Positions 51,702 to 61,780 of a stretch of 64,000 nucleotides of DNA are shown one piece after another. The notes under the pieces are model-generated. The model saw only the letters and a program-made list of their open reading frames with translations. It did no database searches and was not told the DNA's origin. Within the stretch, counting starts at the first letter, position 1. Every line of letters starts with the position of its first letter. The translations under genes and the position numbers were made by a program. The stretch is from an uncultured Verrucomicrobiae bacterium (GTDB taxonomy: Bacteria > Verrucomicrobiota > Verrucomicrobiia > Limisphaerales > UBA11358): positions 4,418-68,417 of the forward strand of contig CAVWKA010000003.1 in assembly GCA_963755515.1 (NCBI GenBank). Direction: 5' to 3'.

Positions 51702-51939
51702 ATCAATTCGGACAGGAAGCACCTGTGCCCACCTCGGAATTTGAATACTCGCCGCCGGACCTGCAAATGGAGTGGAAATGGCAGGGTTGGGGGTATAATG
51801 GGACACCGGGAGACGGCAAACTCGCAGGCGCCTGGTCCCAGGGTGGGGGCGGCTTTTCATTGGTCTTTGAAAGAGGGAACTAATTTATTAGAATCACCCG
51901 TAATTCCAGGAAGTTTAATTTGTGCCAATCCGCGCTCCG

Positions 51940-52626
51940 ATGAAAGAGTTCTTATTGACCCTGCCATGGAACATCATCGGATGCTTCAGGGGCCGGAAGA
52001 TTTTTTGGCACTTTGCGGCAATTATTCTCACATGGATTCTCGTCACTTCGGGATTCGATTGGTTCTATTTTCACTCCACGCGAAGTCGTGAGCTTCGGTC
52101 ATGGATGTTTCCCGCCGTCATCATCGGCCAACTTTTGCCCATGACACTGCCGCTCCTGCTCTTACTGATTGGCGGCATTTTCAGAAGCGCCACCGCGAAA
52201 CGCACAGGATGGGCCATCGGCCAGGCTGCGCTTCTGGGCCTGGCCGTTTCATCCGCCTATAAAACCATTACCGGACGTCCCCATCCTCCGCGTGGCACGG
52301 CGTTGGATATGAGCCATGTTTTCCGGTTCGGTTTTATGCGTGGCGGCATTTTTTGGGGATGGCCTTCATCCCATGCGACCACTGCCGTTGCAATGGCGGT
52401 TACGGTTTTTATCCTCTTTCCGGAAAAGAAGTGGCTGCGTATCGCGGCCATTCTCTATGCCTGCTATATCGGCATCGGCGTTTCCATGACCATCCATTGG
52501 TTCTCGGATTCCGCGGCGGGAGCCATCATTGGAATCGTCATTGGGACGACGGTGGGGAAAAGTTATGCGGCAATGGATTTACTGAGTCGAGGAAATGGCG
52601 TTCAAAATGTCCCGCAAGGCACATAA
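51940..52626 (+). CDS. PAP2-superfamily membrane phosphatase
   Basis: Motifs KTITGRPHP (KxxxxxxRP), WPSSHATTAVA (PSGH-like) and SMTIHWFSDSAAG (SRxxxxxHxxxD-like), with several TM helices. Start at ATG 51940 (MKEFLLT). Confidence 0.8.
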   Translation: MKEFLLTLPWNIIGCFRGRKIFWHFAAIILTWILVTSGFDWFYFHSTRSRELRSWMFPAVIIGQLLPMTLPLLLLLIGGIFRSATAKRTGWAIGQAALLGLAVSSAYKTITGRPHPPRGTALDMSHVFRFGFMRGGIFWGWPSSHATTAVAMAVTVFILFPEKKWLRIAAILYACYIGIGVSMTIHWFSDSAAGAIIGIVIGTTVGKSYAAMDLLSRGNGVQNVPQGT

Positions 52627-52818
52627 CGCCATACGCCCCGCCCAAAGCGCAATTGATCGAATTGAGGCCCAGTGGCGGGAGTTTTGGAAATGAGCAACCA
52701 ATTGGGCTTCGGTTTGATTTGGAAGGCCAGCCCTGAGGAGGCACTCCGGGCAAAGCCCCATCGGCACATCCAGCGGCAGCGCTTTCCGGCAATTTGGGCA
52801 GATTTTAATCGTTTCCAT
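52625..52818 (-). pseudogene. Truncated, frameshifted remnant of a Ser/Thr protein kinase (N-terminal zinc-ribbon plus glycine loop only)
   Basis: METIKICPNCRKALPLDVPMGLCPECLLRAGL is the CPxC..CPxCLL N-terminus seen in kinases that follow this ECF-sigma type. In a second frame, FPKLPPLGLNSINCALGGAYGVM resembles the GxGxYGxV loop. Similarity ends at the PAP2 stop codon (~52626). Confidence 0.55.
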
Positions 52819-52892
52819 AATATTTGTCTTTCTACTAATTACTTCGGAAACGGCAGCCAAGAGTCACACAAAAAATCGTTAAATCACACAAA

Positions 52893-53666
52893 TCATCCCG
52901 ACAGCACGGACACCAAGTGGCGCAGTTCTTCGTCCACCTCGTCCGGTTCGGCCACAGTCTGGGCAATTTCGTCGCGCAGCAACTGGCGATAACGCTGGCG
53001 CAAGCGATACACGGCGGTCTTGACTGCGCCCTCAGTCACACCGAGTTTGACTGCCAGGTTGGCGTAGGGTTGGTCGTCGCCCTCGCCCACAAGGCAGGGG
53101 TGCAAGGCGGCGAAAAAAGCCTCCCGACCTTCCTGGTCGTATTCCGCGCGCAGCCTGTGCAGGACCTTATCGAGCAAGGTCAAAGCCCAACGCCGTTCGT
53201 AAATCTGCTCCGGAGTGACATTGTCTGACGGTTCATGACCGTAACGAGTCTCCGCCGTGTCCAATTGCAACGGCACGGGCACCAGGCCGCCCCCCCGTTT
53301 TTGCGCATGTGCCTTATCCCATTCATCGGCGAGAAAATGGTTCATAAGCGACAAGAGAAAGGAACGAAACCGTCCCCTTTGCTGGTCGGCACGTCCGATC
53401 CAGTTGCGTTCAAGCAGGCGCGCGAAAAATTCCTGGGTCAGGTCCTGGGCGTCCGCGGGCGAATGACCGCGGCGGCGCACGTAGGCGTAGAGCGGAAACC
53501 AATAAGTGCGGCAAAGTTTTTCCAGCGCCGCGCCGGCGTGGGTGGTATCGCCGTGTCCCGCCGCCAGGACGACCGACCAGCGGGTGGTGGCAAAGACGGT
53601 CGGCGGTTGGGCAGCGCCGGGAGTTGAAGGCGGATTAGACGGAGCAGTTTGGGTTGAAGTGCTCAC
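52893..53666 (-). CDS. ECF-type RNA polymerase sigma factor (subgroup genomically linked to Ser/Thr kinases)
   Basis: 257 aa. TTRWSVVLAAG..AALEKLCRTYWFPLYAYVRRRGHSPADAQDLTQEFFARLLE (region 2) and ..YANLAVKLGVTEGAVKTAVYRLRQRYRQLLRDEI (region 4). Confidence 0.85.
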   Translation of the reverse strand: MSTSTQTAPSNPPSTPGAAQPPTVFATTRWSVVLAAGHGDTTHAGAALEKLCRTYWFPLYAYVRRRGHSPADAQDLTQEFFARLLERNWIGRADQQRGRFRSFLLSLMNHFLADEWDKAHAQKRGGGLVPVPLQLDTAETRYGHEPSDNVTPEQIYERRWALTLLDKVLHRLRAEYDQEGREAFFAALHPCLVGEGDDQPYANLAVKLGVTEGAVKTAVYRLRQRYRQLLRDEIAQTVAEPDEVDEELRHLVSVLSG

Positions 53667-53777
53667 CGGGGATGAGCGTAGCCGAACAGGGAGGGGAGGA
53701 AAAGTAGAAAGCAGACGGCGGGGGAAAAAGGGGAATCTTTGACACGAATTGGCGCGAAGGGCTTTTTAGTAATCTGC

Positions 53778-56700
53778 TCAAAACCGGCCGTGGCGAGGAG
53801 CTGGCTTTTCCGCGACAAATTTATAGGTTCCCGATCCGACATTCAAATAGATTATATCCCTTCTTTGTTTAATGAACTTTACGCCTTCTGCTTTCTTCAC
53901 CGGCGTTCCGCTTTCAGTGACGTTGGCAACATACGTTGCCGGGATGCAGACGGTCGCCCTGGTATTGGCGGGGATGGTCACTTCGAGCGTGAACCGGTTG
54001 CCATCTATTTTCCAATCAGTCGAAATCAAACCGTGGATGGAATCGTAGCTGGCCTTGGCCCAACTGAGGCCCGGGCCAATAACCGGGTCAATTAAAATAG
54101 TTTTGCAGCCCGGGCTGGCGGGTCGGATGCCTCCAATATCGGCCATAAGAAATTCGCCGCAGGATCCCAGCGCATAATGGTTGAAAGAGTTCATCTGGGG
54201 ATCCTGAAAGCCTTTGTCCGGGGTCCACCCATTCCATCGTTCCCAAATGGTCGTGGCCCCATGTTCCACTGGAAACAGCCAGGAGGGATAGGTGTCCTGC
54301 AATAACAAACGATAGGCGGCGTCGGCCTTGCCCATCTGGGCCAATGTCGGCAGCAAATAACCGACGCCCAAAAATCCTGTGGAAAGATGCCAGTCTCTTT
54401 TTTTAATGTTGTCTTCAAGATGTTCCGCGGCTTTGGCACGAAGGCGGTTAGGCAGCAGGTCAAAGTTAAGCGCCAGGAGATAAGCGGTTTGAGTGTCTCC
54501 TTCGACATGGCCGTCGCGCGCGACGTACTTTTTAATGAAAGCGGCTTTGATTTTCTTAAACAATTTTTGGTATTTGGCGGCGTCGTGAGAACGGCCCAGA
54601 GCCGCGCAAGACTCGGCCACGAGATGGGTGGAATAGGCGAAGTAGGCGGTTCCGATCAAATCCTTGGGTGTATTGGCATTGACGGAAAGCCAGTCGCCAT
54701 AATCGCTGCCTCTATCCCGGTCACGAATCAAACCGTCGCTGTGCCGGCGCAGATATTCCACCCATTGGATCATGGACGGCAGATGCTCTTCAAGAATCCT
54801 TTTGTCGCCGTAAACCTGATAGATTGTCCAGGGACAGATTACGCCGGCATCGCCCCAACCCGGGGCGCCAGGGCGGCCCGGGGCGTCGTTTGGACTTACG
54901 TCGCTAAAGGCGCCTTCCGAGGACCGCCCGTCCTCGACATCCATCAGCCATTTGGTAAAAAATGCAGCTACATCGGCATTGTACGTGGCGGTTTTGATGA
55001 AGACCTCAGCATCACCCATCCAGCCCATCCGCTCATCGCGCTGGGGACAATCTGTGGGGACGCTGAGATAGTTGCCCCGTTGACTCCATTGGATGTTCGA
55101 CTCGAGCTGGTTGAGGAGCGGATCTGAACACGCGAAGTGGCCGACCGACGGAGTCGCCGTACCGATGACAATGCCTGTGACGGCATTGGTCCCGGGATCT
55201 GTCGCCAGACCCGTGACTTCAACGTAGCGGAACCCGTGGTAGGTGAAGCGCGGCTGCCAGACTTCTGTGCCGGTTCCTTTGCAGATATAACGATCTATTG
55301 ATGGCGCCCCGCGAAGATTGTTGGTATAGACGATGCCGTCAGCCTTGAGCATTTCGCCATGGCGCAGGGTAATCTCGGTTCCGGCAGGCGCCGAAACTTT
55401 CAGCCGGACAACGCCCACCATGTTTTGTCCCAGATCATAAGTCCAATGGCCCGGCTGTGGCTCGGTCTCCCGCCGTGGTTTTAATTCCAGAAGTTCTTCG
55501 ACTGGTTGCATGACTTGCGATTGGATGAGAATGGAAGGCTCATTGCGCAGCGTCACCGGCGCCCATTGACGGTCCTCCAGACCCGGCTCATCCCAGCCTT
55601 TGATCTCCTTGCGCGCGTCGTAATCTTCTCCCATCATGATATCGGAAGATAGAATCGGGCTGGGGTGCGATTTCCACGACGAGTCGGTCACGATTCGCCT
55701 GGTGGCGCCGTCCGCGCAGGTCACTTCGAGTTGGGCCAGCAAGGCGGGCGCTTTTCCATATAACTGGAATCCGCCATTGCCAATATGGCCGCTATACCAG
55801 CCATTTGCCAGAATCGCCGCCATCGCGTTATCACCTTCTTGAAGCAGGCCGGTAACATCATAAGCCTGATAACGCACCCGTTTGTGGTAATCAGTCCAAT
55901 CGGGCGCGAGCACATGGTCTCCCACACGGCGGCCGTTAATGTCAATCTGATAAAGGCCCAAAGCGGTTACATAGAGAACAGCCCGCCGCACGGGGCTGTC
56001 CAAACCAAAACTCTTCCGGAGGTAAGGCAGAACGGCTGCGTCGGGGGGAATTACCACCGGCTGATCCTCGCCAATTTCCAAGGTGCGCGCCTGACCGTTC
56101 CATTCGTAGTCCAGTCGCAATTTTTTATGGTGGTTGGGAGCCGGATCCCCTCCAAGAGTCTTGTTATTAACGATGATTGAAAGAGTATTGGTGACCACGT
56201 TGCGGACCACGGCAGCCGTCACGTCGGTGGCATTGGTGCCATCACTGGCCTCATAGGTTGCTCGACGAATGATTAAACGGGACGCGGGATCAAGCTCGGG
56301 CGCGCCCGCGCTGATCCATTCAGCCGTCCAATCCCCCGGCTCAAGCAAGCCCATCTCCCAGTGGGCCGCCGGACTCCAGGCACTGCGACCGTCCTGATCC
56401 CAGATCCGCACTTTCCAGTAGCAGTCCTCGCGTGAGGCCAGCGGCAGGCCTTGGTAAACGATTTGACTAGTGTCATTGGAGCGGACTTCGCCGGTGTCCC
56501 ACAAATCGGCTTTGTCCGCCTCCAGGGATTCGGGAGAGGAAGCGACCATGATTTGGTACGCGGATTGTTGCTCGCCTCGCCGCCCGGAATTGATAATCCA
56601 GCTCAAACGCGGATTAACGGCATCAATGCCCAATGGATTGACGAGATATTCGCAGCGCAGGCAACTGACGCGGGCAATAGAATCGGTTGTTTGGCCGGAA

Positions 56701-56795
56701 CTTTCATCGGTCGGAATGAGAACCAACATAATCAAGAAAATCGGGAGCAGAAATACAGGTTGTAGCGGTTTCATTTGAAATCGAATTGCATTCAT
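53778..56795 (-). CDS. GH78 alpha-L-rhamnosidase
   Basis: Characteristic N-terminus LRCEYLVNPLGIDAVNPRLSWIINSGRRGEQQSAYQIMVASS..DLWDTGEVRSNDTSQIVYQG..CYWKVRIWDQDG. The six-hairpin catalytic region includes DCPQRDERMGWMGDA. The start may be 56774 (MKPLQP). Confidence 0.9.
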   Translation of the reverse strand: MNAIRFQMKPLQPVFLLPIFLIMLVLIPTDESSGQTTDSIARVSCLRCEYLVNPLGIDAVNPRLSWIINSGRRGEQQSAYQIMVASSPESLEADKADLWDTGEVRSNDTSQIVYQGLPLASREDCYWKVRIWDQDGRSAWSPAAHWEMGLLEPGDWTAEWISAGAPELDPASRLIIRRATYEASDGTNATDVTAAVVRNVVTNTLSIIVNNKTLGGDPAPNHHKKLRLDYEWNGQARTLEIGEDQPVVIPPDAAVLPYLRKSFGLDSPVRRAVLYVTALGLYQIDINGRRVGDHVLAPDWTDYHKRVRYQAYDVTGLLQEGDNAMAAILANGWYSGHIGNGGFQLYGKAPALLAQLEVTCADGATRRIVTDSSWKSHPSPILSSDIMMGEDYDARKEIKGWDEPGLEDRQWAPVTLRNEPSILIQSQVMQPVEELLELKPRRETEPQPGHWTYDLGQNMVGVVRLKVSAPAGTEITLRHGEMLKADGIVYTNNLRGAPSIDRYICKGTGTEVWQPRFTYHGFRYVEVTGLATDPGTNAVTGIVIGTATPSVGHFACSDPLLNQLESNIQWSQRGNYLSVPTDCPQRDERMGWMGDAEVFIKTATYNADVAAFFTKWLMDVEDGRSSEGAFSDVSPNDAPGRPGAPGWGDAGVICPWTIYQVYGDKRILEEHLPSMIQWVEYLRRHSDGLIRDRDRGSDYGDWLSVNANTPKDLIGTAYFAYSTHLVAESCAALGRSHDAAKYQKLFKKIKAAFIKKYVARDGHVEGDTQTAYLLALNFDLLPNRLRAKAAEHLEDNIKKRDWHLSTGFLGVGYLLPTLAQMGKADAAYRLLLQDTYPSWLFPVEHGATTIWERWNGWTPDKGFQDPQMNSFNHYALGSCGEFLMADIGGIRPASPGCKTILIDPVIGPGLSWAKASYDSIHGLISTDWKIDGNRFTLEVTIPANTRATVCIPATYVANVTESGTPVKKAEGVKFIKQRRDIIYLNVGSGTYKFVAEKPAPRHGRF

Positions 56796-56836
56796 TTTAA
56801 TGGAGTCTGTTATTTGTAACCATTGAATAGAGGCGA

Positions 56837-59800
56837 TTATGGCGGGTCGGCCCCGGTTTCCGAGGCGAATCTGTAATTACCGGAACCAACCTGGCAAACG
56901 ACTGCTCCGGGAACAACACGAACCAGGGTGACTCCCTCCGACGCTGCCGCCGGCTGGCCGGATTCAGTCACCACATCGGGACCGGACGCCGGAATAAACA
57001 CGGTCGCCGTGGTGTTTGCGGGAACGGTCGCATCCAGTTCAAATTTCCCGTCGTGGCATTTCCAATTGATGACAATCCTGCCGCGCGGAGAATCATAGCT
57101 GGCGTTGCACCACGATACTTCCCTTGTTGGACGCGGGCGAATTGTAAATGATTGGTAACCCGGATGCTGCTCGTCCGGGTTCAGCCCGGCGACATTTCGC
57201 CAAAGCCATTCGCTCGCGGCGCTATGGGTCCAGTGGTCCAAGGATAGATTTCGTGTGTTGGCGTCAAAGGCCTCCCACAAGGTAGTGCTGGTGTCGGCCA
57301 TATAACCCCATGAAGGCATCCCGCGCTGGTCCATCATGAGCGCGGCCGCGTCATTGTGGCCGAAGGCGGACAGGGCCAACAACAAGTCAATGCTGCTCCA
57401 AAATCCGGTCGTGGGGTGATACTGATTCGCGGCCACCAGGTGAACCAGACGGTTCACGGCCTCAGAACGCAACGGTTCGTCAAGTAAATCGAATTGCAGC
57501 GCGAGGGCATAGCTGCCCTGTGTGTCCTCCGACTCCGTGTGGTCAGGTCCATACGTGGCGGACGTGATTATTAAAGAGTTCTCGCTGTCGCCGGCAAGAT
57601 GAACCAACCCATCTTCCGGGAACGATTGTTTATAGCCTTTCTTCCCGATGTCATAGGAAAGCCAAAGTCTCTTTTCCTGCCGAGGCGCCGGGTCGTCGTC
57701 AAAAACATTATTTTTAACCTCGAAGTCGAGTCTCTCATTTTTTACCAGGGCGCGGACAATGTCCGTAACATCTCGCGAGGCCGGTTTTTGTTCCCGGACA
57801 ATTCCAGCCGGGCTGAGGTAGGCATTGACAAACGCTTGCCGAATGCCTTGAAACAAAGAGCGATAGCGTTCCGCGTCGGCGTCGTCTCCCAGCACTTGCG
57901 CCATGCGCGATACCAAGTCGGCTGAGTGGGCAAAGAATGCTGTCGCGCCAATTTCCTTGGGAGTCGGAGTTCCGGCGCTCATCCAGTCGCCCCAGTCCAT
58001 GCCGCGATTGTTTTGCCACAGCAAATCCGGATTACTGGCGTGAATGAAATCCACCCAACGGCGCGCCGCCTCAAACTGCCGGGCCAGCAAACGCCGGTCG
58101 CCGGTATTCACATAGGTTTGCCACGGCAGGGAGACACCCGCATCTGCCCATCCCGGCGAACCCACGCAGTTCGTGGTTCCGCGCAGGTGTGCCTGCGGAC
58201 AAATGTCGGTGAAGCGACCATCAGCCAGCTGGTCGTCCCGCAAGTCCTGAGCGTACTTTTCCAGGAATGCCGCAGCATCGAAATTAAACAACAAAGATTG
58301 CACACAAGGCCGGATATCGCCTGTCCAGGCCAGACGTTCAGCACGCGCAGCGCAACCAGCGGGCACGTCAAATAGCAGGTTGGCCTGGGTCCAGACCGCC
58401 GCCTTTTGGATCCGATTGTATAACTCGTTTGAACATTCGAAATGACCGGCAATCGGCGTATCGGTGCGCAGGTTGACGGCCACCAAGGTGTCGGGTTTTA
58501 GTTCGCCGGGGAATCCCGATAACTCCACATAACGGAAGCCGTGGTAGGTGAAGTGGGGTTCCAGGACGCGCGGCCCGTGCCCATCCAGAATATAGTCTTC
58601 CTCTTGCGGTGTGCCCCAAAGGTTTTTTACATCAATTTCGCCATTCGGTAAAACTTCCTCCGCGTGACGCAGACGCAAGTGCGTGCCGGCCGGACCATCC
58701 GCTTTTAACCGGCACCAGCCGGATATTTCCTGCCCGAAATCAAACACAAAAACGCCGGGTCTAATTTCTTTGACAGCCACGGGTTGCAGGTCGCCAATCT
58801 CCCGCACGGGCTGGCTGCGCTGCCACACCAGGGCCGTATTGTCGCGCGGTTGGGTCCAAACAGGCCGCCAGGCGTGATCGTCGAATCCTGGTTGATCCCA
58901 GCCGGACATTTCCCGGCGGCAGTCATAACCTTCGCCATCCAGTAAATCAGACCAGCGAACAGGCCCATCCAAAGTGCTGCGCCATTGACCATCGGTGCCA
59001 ATGGTTAAGTGCTTGCCGTCCAACAGTTCAACATCAAGTTGAGCGATGAATTGAGGGAAGTAGCCGTAAATGCAACGGTTATCAAACAAGTTCATGTGAC
59101 CGGCATACCACCCATAACCGAGCAGGGCGCCGATGGCGTTTGTGCCGCGACGGAGAAGTTTGGTGACATCGTAGGTTTGGTATTGAATACGCACATCATA
59201 ATCGGTGAAGCCCGGAGCGAGCAGTTGGTCGCCGACCCGTTTTCCGTTGATTCGCACCTCATAGAAGCCGCGCGCGGCGACATAGAGCGAAGCCCGGCGA
59301 ATTTTGCCGGAAAGGTTGAACTCCCGGCGCATCATTGGCACTCTTGATACTTCAGACTTCGCCGGGACGCCTTCCATGCCCGCGGCAATGGCCGGCGAGT
59401 CGCCGGCCAGCATCACGTCCGCCTTGCCGTCCACCAAGAAACGTTTGGACCAGCCATTCGATTCAACGGAATCCGAGCATTGCACGCCTGCTCCGATGGC
59501 AATGGATTGGGTCCCGTCAAAGACGGCCAGGCCCCCCAAAGCCACGGCATAGTCCCGGCCATCCCAGCAGGAAAGGCGAGTGACGGTGAGACGAACGTAT
59601 CGCGCCGCAACCGTATTGAATTGAAACCGGCAGGAATTATCGCGCGGATTCGGAAAATCGGATGCGGTTTCATCCACCACGGATTGGGCATCGCTGAAAT
59701 TCGGGTTCACGGCGGTCTCGACCTTGAAACGGACAGGGAACATCGCGGTGCGGAAATCTTTATTTTGGCCCGGGGGACGAGCGGGGATTATGTCAATGGC

Positions 59801-60364
59801 ATCCATTTGTTTAACGCTGCCGATATCCAGGACGATCCATTTGACGGCATCGGGCCGGGACGCAAGTTCGCTGCGGTAACAATGGATCGGCGTCATGGGA
59901 CGATTGGCCGGGTCGGCAAGGAGGGGATCACTAATCCACTGCGCGGACCAATCTCCCGGCTTGAGCAGGCCCATGGACCATGAAGCCGGCTGGCTCCAAT
60001 TGGAGGGCTTTCCAAAGCCATCCCAAATACGCACTTTCCAATAACATTGTGTTCGAGACGGCAGGGATTGTCCGGCGTACTCCACTTGCGTTGATTTATC
60101 GGATAATACTTTGCCGCTGTCCCACAAGTCGCCCTTGCCATTCGCCAGCAGCTCTGCCGAGGAGGCAACCATGACCTCGTAAGCGGCCTGGGTTTCATTC
60201 CGGCGATCCGATTCGATAATCCAGCTCAACTCCGGCTGGGGTTCGTCAATGCCCAGGGGATTGCGACGGGACTCGCAATGCAGATCGCCCACAGTGACGG
60301 CAGCAGCGACTTTTGCCGCAACCATACTCACCATGAGCCACCAAACCGTCAATTTCTTAACCAT
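56837..60364 (-). CDS. GH78 alpha-L-rhamnosidase with an inserted F5/8-type-C (discoidin)-like domain
   Basis: LHCESRRNPLGIDEPQPELSWIIESDRRNETQAAYEVMVASS..DLWDSGKVLSDKSTQVEYAG..CYWKVRIWDGFG. Insert ~59490-59920 (WIVLDIGSVKQMDAIDIIPAR..RYVRLTVTRL). Catalytic region CAARAERLAWTGD. Confidence 0.9.
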   Translation of the reverse strand: MVKKLTVWWLMVSMVAAKVAAAVTVGDLHCESRRNPLGIDEPQPELSWIIESDRRNETQAAYEVMVASSAELLANGKGDLWDSGKVLSDKSTQVEYAGQSLPSRTQCYWKVRIWDGFGKPSNWSQPASWSMGLLKPGDWSAQWISDPLLADPANRPMTPIHCYRSELASRPDAVKWIVLDIGSVKQMDAIDIIPARPPGQNKDFRTAMFPVRFKVETAVNPNFSDAQSVVDETASDFPNPRDNSCRFQFNTVAARYVRLTVTRLSCWDGRDYAVALGGLAVFDGTQSIAIGAGVQCSDSVESNGWSKRFLVDGKADVMLAGDSPAIAAGMEGVPAKSEVSRVPMMRREFNLSGKIRRASLYVAARGFYEVRINGKRVGDQLLAPGFTDYDVRIQYQTYDVTKLLRRGTNAIGALLGYGWYAGHMNLFDNRCIYGYFPQFIAQLDVELLDGKHLTIGTDGQWRSTLDGPVRWSDLLDGEGYDCRREMSGWDQPGFDDHAWRPVWTQPRDNTALVWQRSQPVREIGDLQPVAVKEIRPGVFVFDFGQEISGWCRLKADGPAGTHLRLRHAEEVLPNGEIDVKNLWGTPQEEDYILDGHGPRVLEPHFTYHGFRYVELSGFPGELKPDTLVAVNLRTDTPIAGHFECSNELYNRIQKAAVWTQANLLFDVPAGCAARAERLAWTGDIRPCVQSLLFNFDAAAFLEKYAQDLRDDQLADGRFTDICPQAHLRGTTNCVGSPGWADAGVSLPWQTYVNTGDRRLLARQFEAARRWVDFIHASNPDLLWQNNRGMDWGDWMSAGTPTPKEIGATAFFAHSADLVSRMAQVLGDDADAERYRSLFQGIRQAFVNAYLSPAGIVREQKPASRDVTDIVRALVKNERLDFEVKNNVFDDDPAPRQEKRLWLSYDIGKKGYKQSFPEDGLVHLAGDSENSLIITSATYGPDHTESEDTQGSYALALQFDLLDEPLRSEAVNRLVHLVAANQYHPTTGFWSSIDLLLALSAFGHNDAAALMMDQRGMPSWGYMADTSTTLWEAFDANTRNLSLDHWTHSAASEWLWRNVAGLNPDEQHPGYQSFTIRPRPTREVSWCNASYDSPRGRIVINWKCHDGKFELDATVPANTTATVFIPASGPDVVTESGQPAAASEGVTLVRVVPGAVVCQVGSGNYRFASETGADPP

Positions 60365-60465
60365 ACCTTCGCTTTATTCGCCGAATAATCATCACATTTA
60401 TATCCATCAAGGAACTCATTCAATCAGATGCTAAAAGATTGCGCCCGGCATGGAAACGCTCCAAT

Positions 60466-61603
60466 TCATGGAGCCTTTGTCAAACCTTCCCATTTGACCA
60501 CCCAGGCGCCGTCATCGGGAAAGCCGGGGGCGGGTTTGCCGACGGGCGCGCCATCCCATCCCGCCGCCATCATTGCCACGGCATAAAGCAGACCACCGTT
60601 GCCGGGCAAATAAGGACAGGAACCGCCGGTGTTGAGTCCACTGGAGCGCAACGCGCCAGTAGCCAAGTTCAAATATCGTGTTGCGCCGAAGGGTGCGGTT
60701 ATCGCCTTCGTAGGCGGGCCAGACGGGATAAAGGTCGTAATGCCCGGTGACCTCATCCCACGTGGGGTAATCGGCCATGAAATCAGCGGTGCCGAAAACA
60801 ACGTCCCTCCATTTGTCGAGAGTAGCGTCTGTGGGATGCAGCCGGTGGTCCAGCTCGGCGAAAAAAATCGGGTGAGGCTCTCTCCAGAGCAGCGCCATCT
60901 CGGGTGGCCAGCCGTCGTTATATCCGTTTGGCCCGGTTGACTTGGGCCACATCAGGCCTTGATAATCAAAATTTTTGGCGATCGCGCGCGCGACGGGGCT
61001 GATGCGTTGGTAAATGGTCAGCGCCTTTTCCGCCAAGGGCCAACGACCCCACAGGGCATAGTGGGCCAAATGCCACCAGATCATTTCGAAGTGCCACTTG
61101 GCATCCCAGGGATCGGTTCCAGTCAGACCGCATTCGGCGGGCGGATTGTCACCGGCGGATTGCACTGCAAGCTCGTATTGGGAAAGCACAATCCGGCGTT
61201 CCAATTCCATCCAGCGCGGATCGCTGCTTCCCGATAGATCCATTGCCCCGCCACTTGTCCAAAAAGCCGGCCAAAATGCCGCGCACGCCGTCTTGATGTT
61301 TTCAAAGTCGGTCACGCCTGGCGGAAGCGGGAAGCTATGCCAACACCAATGGGACATGGTGTTGCCGCCGATGGTTTCCAAGCCGGTGCCGTCCGCGTTG
61401 AAGGCGAAATTGCCATTACCCAGGGGAATCTGGCCGTCGAGGCTGGGCCAATCAATATTGTGCCGGATCACCAGCGCATGACGGTCAATGGCTCTTCTAT
61501 TCTTTGGAACCACGACGCCCCCGGCGGCCCAGCTAAACGAAGGCGTCACGGTCAACGCGGAAGCGATGAATGAAGTGTTGCGGATGAACTTTCGGCGATT
61601 CAT
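60466..61603 (-). pseudogene. Tat-signal secreted six-hairpin-type putative glycoside hydrolase (unassigned family), with a frame break near 60650
   Basis: MNRRKFIRNTSFIASALTV is a twin-arginine signal. ORF 60512..61603 is genuine up to ..NTIFELGYWRVAL. ORF 60466..60801 supplies the C-terminus ..SGLNTGGSCPYLPGNGGLLYAVAMMAAGWDGAP... Family recognition is from memory of similar hypothetical glycosidases. Confidence 0.5.
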
Positions 61604-61780
61604 TTTTTAGGCCGCGTGCTTGCGGCTTTCGGTGACGGATTTTGTATTGTTGGTCACAGTTGAGACAGGCGCGGTGTGTTCCAGTTCAAAACGGCCGCCA
61701 TCGTTCGTTTAAAAGTCATTACCCAAATGGTCACACCGCGGTCGGAAAGCGGCGCCATTGCAGAAGCTCCACGTTTGAGT

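Noticed and set aside
51620-51883. Continuation of the sigma-factor stub in another frame (ORF 51620..51883), i.e. a frameshifted full-length sigma
   Set aside because: None of the three frames downstream of ~51700 shows sigma-70 region 2 or region 4 motifs. Only the first ~50 codons are homologous.
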